From positions 26,432 to 90,431 of the forward strand of contig JBNKTL010000015.1 of assembly GCA_050298055.1 (NCBI GenBank): DNA of 64,000 nucleotides. Reading direction: 5' to 3'. The number at the start of each line of letters is the position of its first letter. Within the stretch, counting starts at the first letter, position 1. The position numbers and the translations under genes were made by a program. Of this stretch, positions 20,612 to 30,257 are shown piece after piece. The notes under the pieces were generated by a model. That model saw only the letters and a list, made by a program, of their open reading frames with translations, was not told the origin of the DNA and made no database searches. The stretch comes from Spirochaetota bacterium. GTDB taxonomy: Bacteria > Spirochaetota > UBA4802 > UBA5550.

Positions 20612-20751
20612 TAACTACTCAACTGTATGGATAAAAAATATACTTAGTCATGAAAATATTATCAGATATGTCCCCGCCGCGGTCGGCAGCGGAGACTTAT
20701 CTGTTATGTTTTTTCATTAAAATTTATTTTATATATAATGCTGAGTAGCTG
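20612..20751. mobile_element. MITE-like hairpin element, copy 1 (inverted relative to the others)
   Basis: TAACTACTCAACT...ATATGTCCCCGCCGC-ggtc-GGCAGCGGAGAC...GCTGAGTAGCT. Confidence 0.65.
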
Positions 20752-20828
20752 CAAATTTTTATTGATAATATTAAATGTTATAATATTATCGGTGTTTCCA
20801 AAGAGAGATCCAGAGAAAGATTTATTGT

Positions 20829-21626
20829 ATGAATTTAGAGCAGGTAAATATAGCAGGGAAGGTTGGCCGGGGAGCGATCAACTACTGGAATGGAGTGATA
20901 AACTTCAGGGATTTTGTTATTTCAATTATTGTTTCCTTTAAATCCTTACGGTATCTCAGGTTCAGATCAATATATGACATCATAATCAACCAGACCCGTT
21001 TTACCGGTATCCATGCACTCCCCTTTGTTGTTTTCATTGCGCTTCTTATCGGGGGTACTGTCATCATTCAATCCATGACACAGTTTCCAAAGTTCGGTAT
21101 TGAAGGATTTATCGGTAATCTTCTTGTTATTATTATCGTGAGGGAAATGGGACCGCTTGCCACCGCATTAATAGTTATCAGCAGATCAGGTTCTGCAATT
21201 ACCGCAGAGATTGCCACTCAGAAGCAGAACAGGGAGATCCTTTCACTGGAAATCATGGGTATTGACACCAAGCTCTATATTGTCTTTCCGAGGATTGTTG
21301 CTTCAATTATCTCGATTTTTTCATTGATGGTAATATTCGATATTGTCGCATTTTTAGGCGGATATATTATCTCGCTTTTGACGATTTTCATTCCGGTTGA
21401 TATATTTGCCCAGACGATCCTGGATGCTTTCAGTGCCGTGGACCTGATATCAACACTTCTGAAAAGCCTTATCTATGGAACCCTTATCCCTCTGATATGC
21501 TGTTATTACGGCTTTAAACCTAAATCAAAATTTGAGGTCCCAATATATGTTTCCCGGGCTGTTATCAGGACCCTGTCGATCATCTTTATCACAAATGCGT
21601 TGATTTCTGTGGTATTTTACCTCTAG
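20829..21626 (+). CDS. mlaE: MlaE-family ABC permease
   Basis: VREMGPLATALIVISRSGSAITAEI, FPRIVA. Confidence 0.88.
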   Translation: MNLEQVNIAGKVGRGAINYWNGVINFRDFVISIIVSFKSLRYLRFRSIYDIIINQTRFTGIHALPFVVFIALLIGGTVIIQSMTQFPKFGIEGFIGNLLVIIIVREMGPLATALIVISRSGSAITAEIATQKQNREILSLEIMGIDTKLYIVFPRIVASIISIFSLMVIFDIVAFLGGYIISLLTIFIPVDIFAQTILDAFSAVDLISTLLKSLIYGTLIPLICCYYGFKPKSKFEVPIYVSRAVIRTLSIIFITNALISVVFYL

Positions 21627-21647
21627 ATAAAGAATAGATGTTTAATA

Positions 21648-22406
21648 ATGAATGAACACCTTTTAGAGATTGAAAACCTTACCTATCATTCACCTGATGG
21701 AGATTCGCTTTTTAATATATCCTTTGTGGTTGAAAAGGGTGAGAATATTGTTTTCTTCGGGCCTGAAAAATCGGGTCTGGATCTCATATGTACTCTCATC
21801 ATAGGTTTTGAAACCGGTTATGAAGGTGATATCCTTTACAGGGGCAGGTCAGTTAAGGAGCTTGATTACATCGAAAGCATGAACTACAGGAAGGATATGG
21901 GGTTTCTTCATCCTGACCATGGATTAATAGCGAATATGTCAGTAGAACAGAATATATCTCTGCCGCTGGAATATCATTCAAAATTAAACAGGGATGAAAT
22001 CAAGAAATATGTTGATTTTCTTATCGATGAACTCAATCTTGATCACTGTAAAAAATTTCGTCCTGTTGATCTGTCAAATTCAGAGATCCTCAGAACATCA
22101 TACGGAAGGGCAATTGCCCTGGACCCTGATATGCTGATCCTTGAACATGCTTTCGAAAACCAGTCACCATTGAATATCCAGTCATTCATAAAAAATTTGA
22201 AAAAGAGGATTGATTCCAGAGAAAAATCTGTAATTTTTGTCACTTATGAACCTGAAAAATTTGTTGATTATGCGGAAAAGTTTGTTATGTTCTTTAACGG
22301 GAGGATAGTTTTCCGGGGAAGCAGTTACGATTTTCTCCATTCCGATAACAGTTATTTGAAACAGTATATAGAAATGAGCAATTGCGGCCCAATGACTATT
22401 CTTTAA
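21648..22406 (+). CDS. MlaF-like ABC ATP-binding protein with degenerate catalytic motifs
   Basis: ABC fold (SVEQNISLPL, RAIALDPD) and position between mlaE and mlaD, but Walker A reads GPEKSGLD. Confidence 0.8.
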   Translation: MNEHLLEIENLTYHSPDGDSLFNISFVVEKGENIVFFGPEKSGLDLICTLIIGFETGYEGDILYRGRSVKELDYIESMNYRKDMGFLHPDHGLIANMSVEQNISLPLEYHSKLNRDEIKKYVDFLIDELNLDHCKKFRPVDLSNSEILRTSYGRAIALDPDMLILEHAFENQSPLNIQSFIKNLKKRIDSREKSVIFVTYEPEKFVDYAEKFVMFFNGRIVFRGSSYDFLHSDNSYLKQYIEMSNCGPMTIL

Positions 22407-22427
22407 AACCGGTTGATTGAGGATATT

Positions 22428-23114
22428 ATGGCAAAATTCAAAAAAAATGAAATCAGAGTCGGTTTATTTCTGCTTGTTCCCATTGTCATACTCATGATTG
22501 TCATATCATTGAAGCTGGGTTATTCAGTGGCAAGTTCGACTATTGATGTATATCTGAAAATTGACAGCCTGACTTCAGTAAAGAAGGGAACGCTGGTTAA
22601 ACTGAAGGGCTATACAATCGGAAGAGTTGTGGAACTCACCCCTGTTTATACTCCCGCCCTGCACTTTCTGGCCACAATGAGAATTGAAAGAAGTATCAGG
22701 CTTTCTGAAAATTGCTCAGCTGTGATTCAGAACCAGAATGTTATCGGAGACCCTTCCATTGATATGAAAAATCCGGAAGTGGAAGGCGGGCCCTTGCAGA
22801 ATGGTGATGTTATCGAGGGTATTGAATATGTTAACCTGGAGGCAATTCTTCAGGATGCGCATATACTCCTGACCACTCTTTCAAATACGGTAAATATCGT
22901 GAAACAGATTTCACTGGACAGCCGGCACAATCTCCGTGTCATGCTTTCTAATCTTTCATCAAGTATAAGCAGTATTAACAAGATCCTTGACAATTCACAG
23001 AAGGATATTGTTGAATTTATGTCCGCTTTCAGGGAAACAGCTATTACCATGAAGGAAATTTCAAAAGAACTTAAGAAGAGCCCTATGAAATTCCTGCTGA
23101 AGGGCAGGGATTAA
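22428..23114 (+). CDS. mlaD: MlaD/MCE-domain protein
   Basis: EIRVGLF, TM helix, GTLVKLKGYTIGRV, helical C-terminus. Confidence 0.82.
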   Translation: MAKFKKNEIRVGLFLLVPIVILMIVISLKLGYSVASSTIDVYLKIDSLTSVKKGTLVKLKGYTIGRVVELTPVYTPALHFLATMRIERSIRLSENCSAVIQNQNVIGDPSIDMKNPEVEGGPLQNGDVIEGIEYVNLEAILQDAHILLTTLSNTVNIVKQISLDSRHNLRVMLSNLSSSISSINKILDNSQKDIVEFMSAFRETAITMKEISKELKKSPMKFLLKGRD

Positions 23115-23144
23115 ACGAGGGAAAGGGGGTTATTGAAGGTCCTC

Positions 23145-23492
23145 TTATTTAGCAGCTGCCTGATACTGTTTGTCCCATTTCCAGTAGACCTTGTCACATT
23201 CAGGCATTATCTTGTCTGCGAACTCCACGAGCTTGGCCCTTTTAATAGTATTGATAACGACTTCCTTTACGAATTTGTTTCTCTCATCCCTTGAATTGCT
23301 CATGACTTTGCTGAAGACCGTGTTTCTCTTTTCAAGAGCATCAATAAGTGCCTGTGTTGTGAAGACCCTGATTGAACCACGGGGATTTTTTATAACATCC
23401 TCTATCATTGATGTGAGCATGGACATAAGGATTTCCTGGTCATCACTTCCCTTGAGCATTTTTTTGTTTTGGAGAGCCTGGCTGTTTTTCAT
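23145..23492 (-). CDS. Hypothetical protein
   Basis: 115-aa ORF filling the intergenic gap, convergent with mlaD. Confidence 0.55.
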   Translation of the reverse strand: MKNSQALQNKKMLKGSDDQEILMSMLTSMIEDVIKNPRGSIRVFTTQALIDALEKRNTVFSKVMSNSRDERNKFVKEVVINTIKRAKLVEFADKIMPECDKVYWKWDKQYQAAAK

Positions 23493-23680
23493 CTTTTTTA
23501 CCTTTACGATAATTCCTTAATTTTATTCCTCTCAGGGAATGTGAAATAAGATCCTTGAGATTATAATAATTAAAGATAATGACTTCGTTCCGGTCTGTCA
23601 AAATAAAGTTGAATATATTGTTTGAAGAAAAACCTGTATAAACAAAAGTACTCTTGGCATGTTAATTAATACATAAAAGT

Positions 23681-23818
23681 TTATTACTCAGTTATGTATA
23701 AGAATAATAATATTTAACAAAAAATATAACTGGTATGTCCCCGCCGCCGAAGGCGGCGGGGACATACTGTTGATGTTATTAGCAACTATGAGATTTTATT
23801 CATATAGCTGAGTAGTTA
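23681..23818. mobile_element. MITE-like hairpin element, copy 2
   Basis: TTATTACTCAGTT...GTATGTCCCCGCCGCC-GAA-GGCGGCGGGGACATAC...AGCTGAGTAGTTA. Confidence 0.75.
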
Positions 23819-23836
23819 GCATTAAAGTTAAATTTA

Positions 23837-24826
23837 TTATTTGCTCATATTGATGGTTTCTTTTATCCAGTAGGGGTGTTTATCCTGTGCCTCATGGTAA
23901 ATCCTTATTAATATTTCAGCCAGGATGCCCATCTGAACAAAAAGAAGGCTGAGTATTACAAGCATAACGGTCAGCATGAGAAAGGGGTTTCCGGTCATAT
24001 CCTGGTTGTAGAGAATTTTAACAATTATAACTTCTGTGAGACTCAGTATCGCAAAGGCAAGCATAATAAAACCGGTCCCACCGAATATATAGATAGGTTT
24101 TGTGGAATATGTCCCCATGAACTTAACCGTGATAAGATCCAGGATGACCTTAAAAGTTCTCTTTATCCCATATTTTGACCGGCCAAACTGTCTGGAGAAG
24201 TGGTTGACCGGTATCTCGGTAATTTTTGCTCCTATCCATGATGCGTGAACAGGAATAAATCTGTGCATTTCCCCATAGAGGTTTACCTGTCTGAGCAGAC
24301 TGCCCCTGTATGCTTTCAATGAACATCCGAGGTCGTGGAGTTTAACACCCGTTACTTTGGATATCAGCTTATTGGCAATCATAGAGGGGAGTCTTCTTGA
24401 CAACATTTTGTCCTTTCTCTTTTTTCTCCAGCCGCTTACCACATCGTAACCTTCATCAATTTTTTCAAGGAGCTTTTTTATATCTTCCGGATCATTCTGC
24501 AAATCTGAATCCATAAAGACAATAATCTCACCACTTGAAAAATCGATTCCCGCTGACATTGCGGCTGTTTGCCCAAAATTCCTTCTGAATATAACAAGCT
24601 TTATCCTCTTATCTTTTTGAGCAATTTCTGTAAGCTTTTCCGTGGAGGTATCGGTGCTTCCGTCATCGACGAATATAACTTCAAATTTTTTCTTGAGGAA
24701 TGAGAGCGCATTAATAATTTTCTCATACTGGAGATTAATGTTCTCCTCTTCATTATACACCGGTAAAACAATAGAGAGGTATATACCGCCTTTGATGTTC
24801 TGCTTTTTCTTTACGGCACTGCTCAT
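23837..24826 (-). CDS. GT2 glycosyltransferase (ArnC/DPM1-like)
   Basis: SIVLPVYNEEENI, VDDGSTD, RNFGQTAA, MDSDLQNDP, two C-terminal TM helices. Confidence 0.9.
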   Translation of the reverse strand: MSSAVKKKQNIKGGIYLSIVLPVYNEEENINLQYEKIINALSFLKKKFEVIFVDDGSTDTSTEKLTEIAQKDKRIKLVIFRRNFGQTAAMSAGIDFSSGEIIVFMDSDLQNDPEDIKKLLEKIDEGYDVVSGWRKKRKDKMLSRRLPSMIANKLISKVTGVKLHDLGCSLKAYRGSLLRQVNLYGEMHRFIPVHASWIGAKITEIPVNHFSRQFGRSKYGIKRTFKVILDLITVKFMGTYSTKPIYIFGGTGFIMLAFAILSLTEVIIVKILYNQDMTGNPFLMLTVMLVILSLLFVQMGILAEILIRIYHEAQDKHPYWIKETINMSK

Positions 24827-24850
24827 TATTCATATCTCCTGGAGCTGAAT

Positions 24851-25038
24851 TTATTACTCAAAACTATATATCAGTATAATATATACAAATCATTTTTACC
24901 GGTAAAGAAAGATTTTATTTTTGCGAATTTGTCATTGTTAAAAATATAACTGATATGTCCCCGCCGCCAAGGCGGCGGGGACATATTACTGATTTTTCTT
25001 CAAAATACAAAAATTTTAGACATATGACCGAGTAGTTA
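24851..25038. mobile_element. MITE-like hairpin element, copy 3 (left boundary uncertain)
   Basis: Core ATATGTCCCCGCCGCC-AA-GGCGGCGGGGACATAT and right end ACCGAGTAGTTA. Confidence 0.65.
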
Positions 25039-25112
25039 CAAAACTTGAAATTATTTTTATCTCCAGTTAAATTAACCATAAGAAAATTCCTCTTGAAAAA
25101 ATATATTATAAT

Positions 25113-25252
25113 TTACTATTCAGCTATGTATACAAATAGACATGTTTATGAACAAAAGATATCTGATATGTCCCCGCCGCCCAAGGCGGCGGGGACATAT
25201 TGTTGGCATTTTGTTGAATATGTTTATTTTAAGCCATACAGCTGAGTAGGTA
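25113..25252. mobile_element. MITE-like hairpin element, copy 4
   Basis: TTACTATTCAGCT...ATATGTCCCCGCCGCC-CAA-GGCGGCGGGGACATAT...AGCTGAGTAGGTA. Confidence 0.75.
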
Positions 25253-25343
25253 CTCTTATCATTATAAACACTCAGTGTCATGAACGTATGATAAAAAATA
25301 CTGCATGAATAAATTCAAATAATGTATTTGGAGCAGAATAATA

Positions 25344-26399
25344 ATGAATAAATCGGAACTCAGCATAAAGATTGATCCATTAAGGGAACTCATGGGAGAT
25401 TATGCAACAGTCATGAATGGATACAGGGAGAGGACAGGTAAAAAAATTGCCGGTTTTAGCTGTGAGATTTTACCCTTTGAGATTATCCATTCCTTTGGAA
25501 TACAGCCTCTCACAATTCCTCTTGCATATTCACAAAAATGCTGTTCCGGAGGCGGTGAATATGCAGATATGTTTGATGTTTTAATCTATCCCCGCAGGTG
25601 CAGCTGTTTAAGTGGTCCGGATAAAGAGACTCGTAACGAAAAGGGCGTTCCCCTTTATCTTTATGATACATTTTCAGGATATGGCAGGGACGCATCAATT
25701 GCCCTCCATGAATCAACCGGTAAAATGCTGAAATCCCTGTTCAATTTTGACATTAAGGATATTGATATCAAAAACCTGGCCGGCTCTGTTACAATTTACA
25801 ATGAGTTAAAAAGTCTTGTCAGAGGAATTCTTGAACTCAGAAAGAAAAACCCTGCGGCAATTTCAAACAACGATTTGTATGCGGTTCTTGATGCGGCATT
25901 TTCACTGCCGCCTGAAATCGTTAAGGAATACCTTTTGAATATATTTAAAACACTGAAGGCATCAGGTGAAAGTGGAACGGGTTTTCGGGTAAACGTTCTG
26001 GTCTATTCATCCCGGTATGGCGCGGGAAAGCTCCTTGATGAGATTGAAGATGCAGGCTGCCATGTGTATGAAGATGACCTGTGCGGAGGAAGAAGGAGAT
26101 TTGATCTTTCCTATAATGCATCATCGGAGTATCTCTACTACGAGATACTTGATTCATTTTCCTATGGGCCGCTCTGTCCTTCAATACGGGATGTAAATGA
26201 AAGGTCCGAGCTGTTATATAAAATGATTAAAAAACATGGGATTGACGCTGTCATCTTTATCAAAGATAGTTGCTGCCCTGCCAGGGAAGAGCAGATTGAA
26301 GATCTGCGTATTATGCTCATGAGGTCCTGTGTTGATGCGGTTGTTGTAACAGCGGAGAACTGCCTGGATTGTGTGAAAGATTATGCAGAGAACCTGTAA
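25344..26399 (+). CDS. 2-hydroxyacyl-CoA dehydratase subunit family protein (HGD-D)
   Basis: GFSCEILPFEIIHSFG, IEDAG..VYEDDLCGGRR, IDAVIF..SCCP. Confidence 0.7.
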   Translation: MNKSELSIKIDPLRELMGDYATVMNGYRERTGKKIAGFSCEILPFEIIHSFGIQPLTIPLAYSQKCCSGGGEYADMFDVLIYPRRCSCLSGPDKETRNEKGVPLYLYDTFSGYGRDASIALHESTGKMLKSLFNFDIKDIDIKNLAGSVTIYNELKSLVRGILELRKKNPAAISNNDLYAVLDAAFSLPPEIVKEYLLNIFKTLKASGESGTGFRVNVLVYSSRYGAGKLLDEIEDAGCHVYEDDLCGGRRRFDLSYNASSEYLYYEILDSFSYGPLCPSIRDVNERSELLYKMIKKHGIDAVIFIKDSCCPAREEQIEDLRIMLMRSCVDAVVVTAENCLDCVKDYAENL

Positions 26400-26406
26400 T
26401 GACTTG

Positions 26407-26462
26407 ATAGTCTCAACCGTATAGTCTCAACAACGTTGTTGAGACTATACGGTTGAGACTAT
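26407..26462. repeat. Perfect 56-bp palindrome built from 14-bp units, between convergent genes
   Basis: ATAGTCTCAACCGTATAGTCTCAACAAC|GTTGTTGAGACTATACGGTTGAGACTAT. Confidence 0.9.
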
Positions 26463-26474
26463 ACGGTTTAAAAT

Positions 26475-28457
26475 TTATTTTGCCGTTTTTAATATTTTGT
26501 AATAGTCACCTGTTACATTTATGGCTTCCTTAAGGAAAAGGTCATTTTTCAGATCAATGAGATTTTTCCCGTCTTTGCTGTGGATACCTTTTTTCATGAC
26601 ATCTTCTTTCTGTTGCGAGAGTTTCGACTCTTCCTTGAGGCTTATTGTCTTATTGTTCAGCTGTTTTTTGAATGTTTTAATTTTTTTTAACAGTTCAATA
26701 TAGTCACTGTCTCCATTGATTCTCTTTTCTGATTTTTTCTTAAGTGCGGAAACAAGCTTGTTGTTAACAAATCCGTACCTGGTGAACCGGGTGCTCTTGA
26801 TCTTTTTCCATTTCAGGGGGTATTTCGTCTTTTGTTCCCCTATGTCCCATATGGAACTGAGAGAAGGGATTATTATATCGGGCTTTATTCCGTAGAGCTG
26901 GTTCGAGGTCCCCGAGGGCTGATAGAATATATGAGTTGTGACCTTAATCGCTCCAAGATTTCCCGGAAGAACATTATATGACTGGACCGTCCCCTTCCCG
27001 AAAGTATTTGTGGGTCCCAGCACAAGTCCCCTGCCGTAGTCCTTTATCGCACCGGCGAGAATTTCCGAAGCGCTGGCGCTGAACTTATTAATAAGGAGAA
27101 CTAATGGCCCTCTGTAGATTGTTCCCCCGTCATTGTCATATATAACCTGGGGCGGAATGCTTGATTCGTCTCCGGGACTGCTTCCTCCCTTTAGCTGAAG
27201 GATCGGACCGTTCCTGTTGTCAATGAAGAGCCCGGCAATTTCAATTGCATCGTTTAGTCCGCCGCCCGGGTTCCCTCTCAGATCGAGTACGATGATATCA
27301 GATTTCTGTTTAACCATCTTTTCCACATGGTACTTCGTATCTCCCGAAGAACTCTTGCCGCTTCTCATGTCCCTGTAGAATGACGGCAGCTTAATATATC
27401 CGATTCTGATTTTCTGTCCGTTTGTTTTATATGTATAAAGTTCAGATTCTGCATCGGAATCCTGGAGCTTTATCTCTTCCCTGATAATAGGAACAACCAT
27501 CCTTTCCGGCTTATTGTCTTTCCCCACATCCCTGATAATCGTAAGCCGTACTTCCGTCCCTTTTGGGCCCCTGATCTTTTTGACCACATCCCGCAGTGCC
27601 ATATCAATAACATCAACAGGCTCGCCATCTTTCTGCGCCACAGCGACAATTTTGTCGTTAGGTTTAAGTCGTATTTCCTCCGGAAGTTTGTCGGTGGCAC
27701 CGCCCGGGATGATCGATTCGACGATGACAAAACCGTCCTCGGAACTGAGCCTGACCCCGATCCCTTCAAGTTTAAGTTCCATGGAAATCTTGAAGTCTTC
27801 GTTTTCAGACTGCGAAAGGTAGTTTGAATGGGGATCAAGAGCCGTTGAGTATGCATTAACAAAACGTGTCAGGAGCATTGACTTGTCAATCTCTTCGGTT
27901 CTTTTTTCCATGAGATCAAATTTTTTCCTGAGCTTTTCTTTTGCCTTCTTTATGTCCTTGTCCGCGGAGAGATAGTTAAGAAGCTGAAGTTTGATGTTTT
28001 TTCTCCACCTCTCTCTCATTTCATTTTTATCTGCGGCATAGTCGACTTTGTCCCTGTCGACAATTATTGTTTCATCCCTGTTGAAGTCATATTTTCTTTT
28101 TATCAGCTCCTGGAAAAGATTCATGTTTTCTTTGAAGCGTATTTTATAGACTTCAAAGACCTTATAAACAAAATCATATCTTTCATTTGCAATATCATCA
28201 TCAATAAGTTTTTTACGTTTCTGGAATTCATCAATGTCCTTTTTATAGAAATAGTATTTACTATAGTCAAGAGAACTGATATAGTTATTAAGTATCTTTT
28301 CTGATATTTCATCATTAAGCCTGTGATACTCTGCATGCATTGTGAGGAACTTTCTTACAAGGGCCGGGATATTTGATTCCTCGAGGCCGGATGTTCTCCC
28401 TTTGCATGAAAAAACCAGTATCATCATTATCATTAACAGTAATCGTTTCTTCAACAT
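26475..28457 (-). CDS. prc: Carboxy-terminal processing protease (S41, Prc/Tsp), putative lipoprotein
   Basis: LDPHSNY, PDZ, DLRGNPGG, SASASEI, TFGKGTVQ; lipobox-like LVFSC after ATG 28457. Confidence 0.88.
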   Translation of the reverse strand: MLKKRLLLMIMMILVFSCKGRTSGLEESNIPALVRKFLTMHAEYHRLNDEISEKILNNYISSLDYSKYYFYKKDIDEFQKRKKLIDDDIANERYDFVYKVFEVYKIRFKENMNLFQELIKRKYDFNRDETIIVDRDKVDYAADKNEMRERWRKNIKLQLLNYLSADKDIKKAKEKLRKKFDLMEKRTEEIDKSMLLTRFVNAYSTALDPHSNYLSQSENEDFKISMELKLEGIGVRLSSEDGFVIVESIIPGGATDKLPEEIRLKPNDKIVAVAQKDGEPVDVIDMALRDVVKKIRGPKGTEVRLTIIRDVGKDNKPERMVVPIIREEIKLQDSDAESELYTYKTNGQKIRIGYIKLPSFYRDMRSGKSSSGDTKYHVEKMVKQKSDIIVLDLRGNPGGGLNDAIEIAGLFIDNRNGPILQLKGGSSPGDESSIPPQVIYDNDGGTIYRGPLVLLINKFSASASEILAGAIKDYGRGLVLGPTNTFGKGTVQSYNVLPGNLGAIKVTTHIFYQPSGTSNQLYGIKPDIIIPSLSSIWDIGEQKTKYPLKWKKIKSTRFTRYGFVNNKLVSALKKKSEKRINGDSDYIELLKKIKTFKKQLNNKTISLKEESKLSQQKEDVMKKGIHSKDGKNLIDLKNDLFLKEAINVTGDYYKILKTAK

Positions 28458-28693
28458 GTATGTTCTCCGGAAAATAATTTTGATGATGTTCTCTTCAGCC
28501 TGAAAATTAGTCAATAAGATTTTAGATGAATAAATGAGATAATTTATTCATAATGATTCAATTCTGTATAAGAATAATCATTTTCATGAAAACATTAAAG
28601 ATATGTTCCTGCTGCCTTGGGCGGAGGGAAGATACCAGTTTATATTTTATTAAACTTTGCATATTGTATTGTAATAAAACGGGCATGATATAT

Positions 28694-29767
28694 TCATCCC
28701 TGCATTGTATTAATAAAACCGATAATTTCTTTTATATTCATCTGAAATTCCGCTCCTCCATTCAGTACCGCTTCTCCGGGCATTCCGAATACGACACAGG
28801 AGGCTTTGTCCTGGGCAATAGTCTTTGCACCGTTCTGTCTCATCTCCAGGAGCCCGTCCGCGCCGTCCCGTCCCATACCGGTACAGAGGATCCCTGCGGC
28901 AGAGTTTCCCGCCGCCTTACTGACTGACCTGAACATGACATCAACGGAAGGCTTAAACCTGTTAACGGGGGGACCGTCATTAACTTCAACCATGTACTTT
29001 GTCCCCCTGTTTCTAACAACCAGGTGCTTTCCACCGGGCGCGACAAGTGCCATCCCCCTGTAAACAATGTCATCCTGTTCCGCTTCCTTTACATACAGCG
29101 GGGTCATGCGGTTTATCCTGTTGGCGAATTCATAAGTAAATTTTACCGGCATATGCTGAGTAATCACAATGCCGGGAGAGTTCTCGTCGATGTTTAAGAG
29201 GATATCTTCAATGACAACTGTCCCTCCAGTAGATGCTCCGATGGCAATAATCTCTTTACTGTTCTGTTTCTTCATGAAAGTGTCTTTTCGGGGGAGTGTT
29301 TCATCTGCAGTCAGTTTCTTTTCAATCTCCTTCATCCCGGACGCTGTCTGTTTCTTTATTCGGGAATTGGCGGCATTGATGACTTTTTCACGGAGTGAGA
29401 TTTCAAACTCTTCCCTGCTGAGGTTATTTTCCGCGGAGGGTTTGCAGATAAAATCGAGAGCTCCCCGTTCAAGGGCTTTCAGGGTTTCCTTCGCACTGCC
29501 TGATGTCAGTGAACTTACCATTATCACAGGCATCGGATTGGATGTCATCAGCCGGGAAAGGAATGTCAGCCCGTCCATTCTTGGCATTTCAATATCGAGA
29601 GTCAGCACGTCGGGACTGAATCTTTTTATTTTATTAATTGCTATGTAGGGGTCCGGGGCGGATGCAACCACTTCGATTTTCGGGGAACAGGACAACAGAT
29701 TGGTGAGGTACTGCCTCATGACTGCAGAGTCATCGATTATAAGGACTTTAACTTTTTCCATTGTCAT
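28694..29767 (-). CDS. cheB: Chemotaxis protein-glutamate methylesterase
   Basis: REC domain (TLDIEMPRMDG) plus GASTGG, QHMP, TGMGRDGA. Confidence 0.95.
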   Translation of the reverse strand: MTMEKVKVLIIDDSAVMRQYLTNLLSCSPKIEVVASAPDPYIAINKIKRFSPDVLTLDIEMPRMDGLTFLSRLMTSNPMPVIMVSSLTSGSAKETLKALERGALDFICKPSAENNLSREEFEISLREKVINAANSRIKKQTASGMKEIEKKLTADETLPRKDTFMKKQNSKEIIAIGASTGGTVVIEDILLNIDENSPGIVITQHMPVKFTYEFANRINRMTPLYVKEAEQDDIVYRGMALVAPGGKHLVVRNRGTKYMVEVNDGPPVNRFKPSVDVMFRSVSKAAGNSAAGILCTGMGRDGADGLLEMRQNGAKTIAQDKASCVVFGMPGEAVLNGGAEFQMNIKEIIGFINTMQG

Positions 29768-29794
29768 TTCATGCAGTTTAATAATATTAAAAAG

Positions 29795-30019
29795 TATCTA
29801 CTCAGCTATAAGGTAAAATATAGTTATTTCGAAAAATTATTTTTAATAATGTCATTCCCACGGAAGCGGGAATCTATCATTTTCAATAAAATGGATCCCG
29901 GAAAAAGCAGGACGCTTTGCATGTCGGATTTGACATGGAAGTCAAAAATCCGACCTCTATGCTTCGGCCGGGATGACAGACTTATTTGTTACAAAAGTAT
30001 AACATTAATTTTTCCTTAT
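29795..30019. mobile_element. Variant element: same left end as the MITE family, but a GTCATTCCC...GGGATGAC (dRS3/RPE-like) core
   Basis: CTACTCAGCTAT end; GTCATTCCCACGGAAGCGGGAATC...CGGGATGAC at 29851-29977; inverted AT-rich arms. Confidence 0.6.
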
Positions 30020-30127
30020 TGTCAAGACAAATGAACCGGTCAATTCTCCTGTTCATTCAATTATTGAGCGGGGTCCCCTCTTTTTTTATTGACACTGCCT
30101 GTGATATTTGTTTTCTGATCAATGGAA

Positions 30128-30245
30128 TAACTGAATCAGCTATGCATAAGAATAATCATATTTGAAAAAAAGATAACTGATATATCCCCGCCGCCTTGGG
30201 CGGCGGGGATATATTGTTGATGTTTTATATAAGTATTTTAAAAGC
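30128..30245. mobile_element. MITE-like hairpin element, copy 5 (right end absent, abuts gatA)
   Basis: TCAGCTATGCATAAGAATAA...ATATATCCCCGCCGCC-TTG-GGCGGCGGGGATATAT. Confidence 0.65.
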
Positions 30246-30257
30246 ACAGGAAACATA

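Noticed and set aside
28694..29767. Orphan cheB as a novelty
   Set aside because: Dispersed chemotaxis genes are common and the motifs are canonical.
29771..30034. 87-aa ORF (also 25045..25245 and 30140..30523)
   Set aside because: These are translations of the repeat elements or antisense to gatA.
20612..30245. Repeated GC hairpins as a CRISPR array
   Set aside because: Copies are dispersed kilobases apart with no regular spacers and no cas genes.
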